A stretch of DNA of 64,000 nucleotides from an uncultured Acidobacteriota bacterium (GTDB taxonomy: Bacteria; Acidobacteriota; Terriglobia; UBA7540), in contig CAWDSK010000001.1 of the NCBI GenBank assembly GCA_963804995.1, positions 608,001 through 672,000 on the forward strand. Direction: 5' to 3'. A program made the position numbers and the translations under genes. The notes beneath the pieces are model-generated. The model made no database searches and was not told the DNA's origin. It was given only the letters and a program-made list of their open reading frames with translations. Within the stretch, counting starts at the first letter, position 1. Every line of letters begins with the position of its first letter. Below are positions 57,914 through 64,000 of this stretch, one piece after another.

Positions 57914-60333
57914 ATGAACCTCGTGGATGTCGCCGTCATGGCGGGTATCCGTAATCCGCTTACTTACCAGGTCCCGGATTCCCTGGCTGTCCAGCCCGGC
58001 CAACGAGTGCAGGTTCCGCTCACAACGCGCAAAGCCCTGGGAATCGTTCTGCGCACCGGGAGCCCGCTTCCTCCCCACGTTGAAGTGCGGCCTATCCTGC
58101 GCCTGATGGACGCGGAGCCCGTCGTCACGCCGGAATTGCTGGAGCTGGGCCTTTGGATCGCCGATTACTACGTCGCGCCCATCGGCGAAGTATTCCGCGC
58201 CATGTTGCCCTTGCGAGCGGACACACGTCACGCCCGCGTCGTTCGCCTGACAGAATTAGGACAACGGAAGCTCCGGGAAGCCACCACACCTGCGGAAGAG
58301 GTCACTGACCTGGGCGCTGACCTTCTCACCTATCTCGGCACGCGCGGCAGCGCTACGGTGGAATTGCTTCGCCAAAAATTCCCAGAGGCTTTTCTCCAGG
58401 CGCTGGAAAAGAAATGGGTCGTAGTTGAAAAGGTCGAGCGTGAGCGCAGCCAGCGCCAAGTTTATGCAGTGCGACTGGCCGGCCCCATGCCGGAAAAACC
58501 GGCGCGCCTCTCCCCAGTGGCGAAGAGAATCCTGGAAGCGCTCGAGCGGGAGGATCAGCCGGCGACCATCGCCAGCTTCTTGAAACGGCCCGCGCAAATC
58601 TTGCCGCACTCAAGAGACTCAGTGCCTCAGGCCTGATTGAACTTGGTCCCTCTCAGGAATTGTTGGCAGCGGCGGGGGCCACTCCGCCCAGTGAGTCCTC
58701 GCCTTTCGTTTTGACATCCAGCCAGCACACAGTTCTCGGCGACCTTACGAAACATCTAGAATCCGCCCAGTTTCAGACGGTACTCCTGCATGGAATCACC
58801 GGCAGCGGCAAGACCGAGGTCTACCTTCGACTGATTGGTCGTTGTCTCGAAATCGGCCGCACCGCTCTGATGCTGGTGCCTGAAATCGCCCTCACCCCGT
58901 CCGCCCAGGCGCAATTCCTGGCACGATTCGGCTCCGCGGTGGCGCTCCTGCACAGCGCCTTGACTGAGAACGAACGTCACGAAGCGTGGTGGCGAATCCG
59001 CCGCGGGGAGGCCAAAGTCATTCTGGGAACCCGCTCCGCGGTGTTTGCGCCCGCGACGAATCTGGGCGTGGTCATCGTCGATGAGGAGCATGACACCAGC
59101 TACAAACAGGAGGAGACACCGCGGTACAACGGACGTGACGTGGCCGTCGTACGCGCGCGCCTGGCCGGAGCGCTCGCCGTCCTGGGTTCCGCCACTCCTT
59201 CGCTCGAGTCCTACTGGAATGCTCAGGAGGGGAAATATCGCCTGAATGTGCTTCCGGAGCGCGTGGAAGGGCGGAAGCTCGCGACCGTCGAAATCGTCGA
59301 CATGCGTCAGGAGTTTCGCGAAACCCACACTCAGGTACCCGTATCACGCCGCCTGCGGGAGGAAATCGAGAGTCAGATTGCCAATCGGCAGCAGACGATG
59401 ATCCTGCTGAACCGGCGCGGCTACTCGTGGTTCCTGTTGTGCCGCAGTTGCGGCCAGACCCAGCGTTGTGTGAATTGCTCTATTTCTCTTACCTACCATC
59501 GGCGCGAGCATCGCCTGATTTGCCATTACTGTGGTTATACGGCTCCCGTGCCCGCGCGCTGCCCCAATTGCAGCAGTGAACATCTTTATTACGTGGGCGA
59601 GGGAACTGAGAAAGTCGAAAAGAAGTTTGCCGAGATTTTCCCTGGCGCCCGCGTGGCGCGGCTCGACCGCGACGTGGCTCGCCGTCCGGGCCAGTTCCGG
59701 CGTATCTTGGAAGACTTTCGGCAGGGCAAGATCGATCTTCTGGTGGGAACCCAAATGATCGCCAAGGGACACGATTTTCCCGGCGTAACGTTGGTGGGAG
59801 TAGTTTCCGCGGACATCGGTCTGGGGTTGCCGGATTTTCGTTCCGCGGAAAGGACCTTTCAATTGCTCACCCAAGCCGCCGGGCGCGCCGGCCGCGGCGA
59901 CACTCCCGGACGTGTATTGGTGCAAACATTCTATCCCGACCATTACGCGATCTTGCTGGCAGCGGAGCAGAACTACCCTGCCTTCTTCCACAAGGAAATG
60001 CGCTTCCGGCGCATGATGCACTATCCGCCCCTGACCGCCCTGGCAAACGTCATCGCGCAGGGCGCGAAGCTCGAACAGGCCGCCCAGGTCGCGAAGCAGA
60101 TTGGAGATTTCCTGATTCCGCTCGAGCCGCACACCGAGGGGCTCAAAATCCTGGGGCCGACGCCCGCTCCGCTGGCGAAAGTGGAAGGCCGCTTTCGCAT
60201 CCAGTTCCTGATCAAGTGCAGGTCGCGCGCCCGCCTGAACACCATCCTGCGGCAGCTTGCCGACCACTGCGAACAGCAAGGCATTCAGCAGCGCTCGGTG
60301 ATGGTCGATATGGATCCCATCAACATCATGTAA
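57914..60333 (+). CDS. priA: Primosomal protein N' with an apparent 1-bp deletion near 58552 (likely sequencing error)
   Basis: LTYQVP...GQRVQVP, GITGSGKTEVY, DEEHD, LNRRGY, four CxxC, GTQMIAKGHDF; adding one G gives an uninterrupted REGSAGDHRQLLE. Confidence 0.92.
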
Positions 60334-60337
60334 TCCT

Positions 60338-61333
60338 TTAGTGGATTGAAAACGGTGTGGGAATGAAACTGAGGGCTAAAATCACCGCCGCGACCAAGGC
60401 GAGAATCTTCCGGCCTCGGCAGAGGGTTTCCGCTGGTTCGACAACCATGGGATGGCGAAGGCCAAGGAACAACAGAATCACCCCCCAAACCATCCACCCA
60501 ATCCAGCAGAAGATCCCGAGGGGTAGGAGGACCAGGAAGAAACCCCGCGAAATGTTCCGGTACTTTTCGCCCAGAACCGCATAAAGGATGTGGCCGCCAT
60601 CGAGTTGCCCCACCGGCAGCAGGTTAAGTGCAGTGGCGAACAGCCCGACCCAAGCGGCGCAGCCCACGGGGTTCAGAACAAACTCCGCCGGACTTACTCC
60701 GGGCCGGAGCAGCTTCGCGAGCAGGATCAATGCCAGAGGGCTACCCAGCGAGATCGAATCAGGCGCGCTGACCGGCGAAGCGCCCCGCGAAAAGAAAATC
60801 GCCATTGCCAAGGCGGGGATGGCAAGCGCGAATCCTGCGAGCGGCCCGGAGATTCCGACGTCAAACAGCTCGTGGCGCGTCAGAATCGGCGACTTGATGC
60901 GAATGAAGGCGCCGAGCGTCCCAATCAGGGTCGGAGCGGGAATGAAATACGGATAGGTGGCATGGATTCCGTAATGCCGGCAGGTGAAGTAGTGGCCGAG
61001 TTCGTGCGCTAAAAGGATGCTCAGCAGAGTGAAGGAAAATGGCAAGCCGAGGACCAGCAGCGAAGGGTGTCGCCATAGTCCCCGGAAGTAAGCAAAGGGA
61101 ACCTCCCAATCAAATACCGGCAGATTCCGCGCGTAATTGATCTCGATGTGAGTACCCACGATCAAGGTCGTCAGGATGGTGAGTAGGAAGAGCGCAATGT
61201 GAAAGGCCAGGGAGTTGTACCAACGCCGGCGAGGTTCGAGGCGCCAGCGCACCGGAACCCAGGCGCGAACGGATAACGGTTCTTGAGGAGCCGGCGGCCG
61301 CTGGAGCCAGTCGGATTGGAATTCGTCGCCCAT
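60338..61333 (-). CDS. Site-2 protease (M50 family)
   Basis: LAHELGH and NLLPVGQLDGGH. Confidence 0.92.
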   Translation of the reverse strand: MGDEFQSDWLQRPPAPQEPLSVRAWVPVRWRLEPRRRWYNSLAFHIALFLLTILTTLIVGTHIEINYARNLPVFDWEVPFAYFRGLWRHPSLLVLGLPFSFTLLSILLAHELGHYFTCRHYGIHATYPYFIPAPTLIGTLGAFIRIKSPILTRHELFDVGISGPLAGFALAIPALAMAIFFSRGASPVSAPDSISLGSPLALILLAKLLRPGVSPAEFVLNPVGCAAWVGLFATALNLLPVGQLDGGHILYAVLGEKYRNISRGFFLVLLPLGIFCWIGWMVWGVILLFLGLRHPMVVEPAETLCRGRKILALVAAVILALSFIPTPFSIH

Positions 61334-61472
61334 ATCGGAATGGGGAAGAATCCTATTCTCGCCCGCTCCTGACCGCCTGTAAAGACCAGTGCCCCATGAC
61401 CCGTGACGAGCGCCTTCGAGCGTGGGCCGGGTTGTTGGCTCGCCACCCGTCACCCATCACGCGCCGCTGCGC

Positions 61473-61742
61473 TTAGGGGAGGGATTGCAGTTCCTTGCCG
61501 GGTTTGAAACGCACGGCCTTGCCCGGCGGGATGCTGACTTCCGCCCCGGTCCGGGGATTGCGGCCAATGCCGGTCTTGCGAGGTTTCACATTGAAAACGC
61601 CGAAGCCGCGCAATTCAATGCGGTCGCCCTGGGCCAAGGCCTTCTTCATCGAATCAAACACCGTCTCAACGGCCATCTCAGCTTTCGTCTTGGTGATGCT
61701 CGTGCGATTGACGACCTCATTGATGATGTCTAGCTTTATCAC
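61473..61742 (-). CDS. HU/IHF family DNA-binding protein
   Basis: IELRGFGVF...GRNPRTG...VRFKPGKEL. Confidence 0.95.
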   Translation of the reverse strand: MIKLDIINEVVNRTSITKTKAEMAVETVFDSMKKALAQGDRIELRGFGVFNVKPRKTGIGRNPRTGAEVSIPPGKAVRFKPGKELQSLP

Positions 61743-61905
61743 GGAAACCTCCTGAAAATACAGGCTTTAATCCTAGAAACTCAGAGGAGCATTGTCAAGA
61801 ATTTTCTCCTGGACTATGATGCTCTTCCTTTTTCTTGCCGGGCGGTACGATTTCGTGGCTTCGAGCGCGTGCCACGAACCCACACTTCACACGAGGTGAT
61901 TTGAT

Positions 61906-62460
61906 ATGCCGGTTAAAAGCGATCGCTGGATACGCAGGATGGCCACGGAACACAACATGATAGATCCCTTCGAGGAAAAGCAGGTCCGCGACGGGGTGAT
62001 TTCCTTCGGACTCTCCTCTTACGGCTACGACCTGCGCGTGGCAGATGAATTTAAGATCTTCACGAATGTCAACTCAACGATCGTCGACCCGAAGCAGTTT
62101 GACGCGCGTTCCTTCGTTGAATTCAAAGGGCCAGCGTGCATCGTGCCGCCCAATTCTTTCGCGCTCGCCAGGTCCGTGGAGTACTTCCGGATCCCGCGCA
62201 ATGTCCTGACAATCTGTGTCGGTAAATCGACTTATGCCCGCTGCGGCATTATTGTAAATGTTACACCACTCGAGCCGGAGTGGGAAGGCTTTGTCACACT
62301 CGAAATTTCGAATACCACGCCCCTGCCAGCCCGCGTCTATTCCGACGAAGGCCTTTGCCAGATTATTTTCCTCGAATCGGATGAGGTGTGCGAGACCTCT
62401 TATAAGGATAAGAAGGGCAAGTACCAAGCCCAACAAGGAATTGTGCTGCCCAAAGTTTAG
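61906..62460 (+). CDS. dcd: dCTP deaminase
   Basis: [38 protein letters not shown]. Confidence 0.96.
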   Translation: MPVKSDRWIRRMATEHNMIDPFEEKQVRDGVISFGLSSYGYDLRVADEFKIFTNVNSTIVDPKQFDARSFVEFKGPACIVPPNSFALARSVEYFRIPRNVLTICVGKSTYARCGIIVNVTPLEPEWEGFVTLEISNTTPLPARVYSDEGLCQIIFLESDEVCETSYKDKKGKYQAQQGIVLPKV

Positions 62461-62576
62461 CGGTTCCGAGGTCGAGGATTTGGATTGGAGAATCAAGTCG
62501 ACTCAGTCGTGGAAGGATGAACTCTACCCATCCAGCCAGCGACGGGATCGTTGAGCCCACAAGAGGTATTCTACCC

Positions 62577-63932
62577 ATGCGGTTCAGTTGGCTCCTGCTG
62601 GGGGTAGGGTTGCTGGCTACTCCCGCAGTTTTGGTGGCCGGCGACCCAATCCAGAATCCTGCGGTGGCTGTGGCGCCAGCCTCCGAGCATCCTGCTCCCA
62701 CCGGTCAAGTCCGCCCCACCGCGCCTCCGTCTAAAGCCACCTACACGCTAACCCCCGAGCGGCGAGCCCAGGCCGTTGCCTACGCGCACACGCGGTATGT
62801 TCTCTACTTTGTTGGGACCCTGATTTCCCTTGGCATATATCTGCTTCTCTGGCGCGCCCGCCTTGCGCTCGTCTTCCGCGATTGGGCCTGTAGGGCTTCC
62901 GGCCGCCTCATCTTGCAGTGCCTGGTTTTTGTGCCGTTATTTGTGGCCGCGGTAGCGCTTCTGAGCTTTCCTCTCGATTACTATTCGGGCTTCGTCGTAG
63001 AGCACCACTTCGGTCTCTCCACGCAAGGCCTGGCATCCTGGCTCGCTGACTGGGGAAAAAGCCTGGCCATTGAGACGGCTCTCGTGGTCATCCTAACCTG
63101 GGTCTTTTACAGCATCGTCCGCCGCAGCACGCGCCGGTGGTGGTTTCACTTTTGGTTGGCCTCAATTCCCCTCGTCTTGGCTTTCGTTCTCGTTGACCCA
63201 TATGTAATCGAACCTCTCTTTTACAAGTTCACACCTCTTACGAAAACGCAACCAGCGCTCGTCGAGCGGATCGAAGCCATGCTGAACCACGCCGGCCTCT
63301 CCATCCCACCCAATCATATTTTCGAAATGGATGCCAGCTCCAAAACCCGGGCGGTCGATGCCTATGTCTCCGGCCTGGGTTCAAGCAAGCGCGTCGTGGT
63401 ATGGGATACAACACTCAACAAAATGGGGCAGGATGAGTTGCTGCTGGTCCTCGGACATGAGACCGGCCACTACGCTTTGCAACACATCCCCAAGGAATTC
63501 GCTCTCAACGAAGCTGTCGCCTTCTTTTTCTTCTTTCTGGGATTCTTGGCGGTGAATCGCTGGGTGGAACGAGTGGGCCCGCGGACTGGACTTGCGGGTG
63601 CGGGCGACCTGGCGGCGCTACCGCTCGTCCTGATGGTGCTCACCGTGCTCGTGTTTTTATCCTCCCCCATCGTGAACGGGATCTCGCGCCACTACGAACA
63701 CCAGGCTGACCAGTTCGGTCTTGAAGTGGCTTATGGCGTCGTTGCTGATCCGAACACGGCTGAGGTGCACGCCTTCGAAATCCTGGGCGAAGAAGACTTG
63801 GACGATCCCGATCCCAACCCCTTCATCAAATTCTGGCTTTACACACACCCGCCACTCGAAGAACGTATCCGCTTCGCGGCCGCCTACAAACCCTGGGCAG
63901 AGGGCAAACCGCTGGAGCTTCTGGGTCATTGA
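62577..63932 (+). CDS. M48 (Ste24-like) membrane metallopeptidase
   Basis: LGHETGH, SRHYEHQADQF, THPPLEERI. Confidence 0.92.
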   Translation: MRFSWLLLGVGLLATPAVLVAGDPIQNPAVAVAPASEHPAPTGQVRPTAPPSKATYTLTPERRAQAVAYAHTRYVLYFVGTLISLGIYLLLWRARLALVFRDWACRASGRLILQCLVFVPLFVAAVALLSFPLDYYSGFVVEHHFGLSTQGLASWLADWGKSLAIETALVVILTWVFYSIVRRSTRRWWFHFWLASIPLVLAFVLVDPYVIEPLFYKFTPLTKTQPALVERIEAMLNHAGLSIPPNHIFEMDASSKTRAVDAYVSGLGSSKRVVVWDTTLNKMGQDELLLVLGHETGHYALQHIPKEFALNEAVAFFFFFLGFLAVNRWVERVGPRTGLAGAGDLAALPLVLMVLTVLVFLSSPIVNGISRHYEHQADQFGLEVAYGVVADPNTAEVHAFEILGEEDLDDPDPNPFIKFWLYTHPPLEERIRFAAAYKPWAEGKPLELLGH

Positions 63933-64000
63933 TTTCCTGATTAAGTTTCGGGAGGGATGATGCCGGCATCTTCTATGCCGTATTCTCTTAGCTTCCGGTA

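Noticed and set aside
1..64000. tRNA, rRNA or prophage genes
   Set aside because: None recognised by eye; a tRNAscan or Infernal run would be needed to exclude small RNAs.

Overview
GC-rich bacterial window, probably from Acidobacteriota (Terriglobia-like). That assignment is inferred from gene content and not verified. Core-like genes include a PLP trans-sulfuration enzyme end, a Crp/Fnr regulator, two sigma-54 two-component systems, feoAB, glgP, a molybdate transporter and regulator, MTHFR, priA, an M50 protease, HU/IHF, dcd and an M48 protease. A sigma-54-driven redox locus carries two membrane-anchored GcvH-like proteins lacking the lipoyl lysine, HybA/HybB-like subunits, a heme-motif sensor kinase and archaemetzincin, and it is interrupted by four-helix-bundle genes flanked by inverted heptamer repeats. 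There is also a close homolog of tetraether synthase (Tes/GDGT-MAS), defence-like genes (N6 methylase plus PD-(D/E)XK gene, RecQ-PRTase plus DprA, TIR and MmeI fragments), IS701, ISKra4, an IS1595-derived MITE and many GTAG-type REP hairpins. The most striking structure is at about 45.4-53.4 kb. Seven related elements bounded by AGCGGGTAGCCACGGTCAG-type hairpins, six of them carrying deleted remnants of a REP-associated tyrosine transposase (RAYT), alternate with short cargo modules (three toxin-antitoxin pairs, a proteasome-like Ntn protein, orphan proteins). Several cargo stop codons abut the element ends, which resembles an integron-like cassette array built on REP/RAYT chemistry. Several single-base frameshifts, including one in priA, suggest assembly indel errors, so pseudogene calls are provisional.
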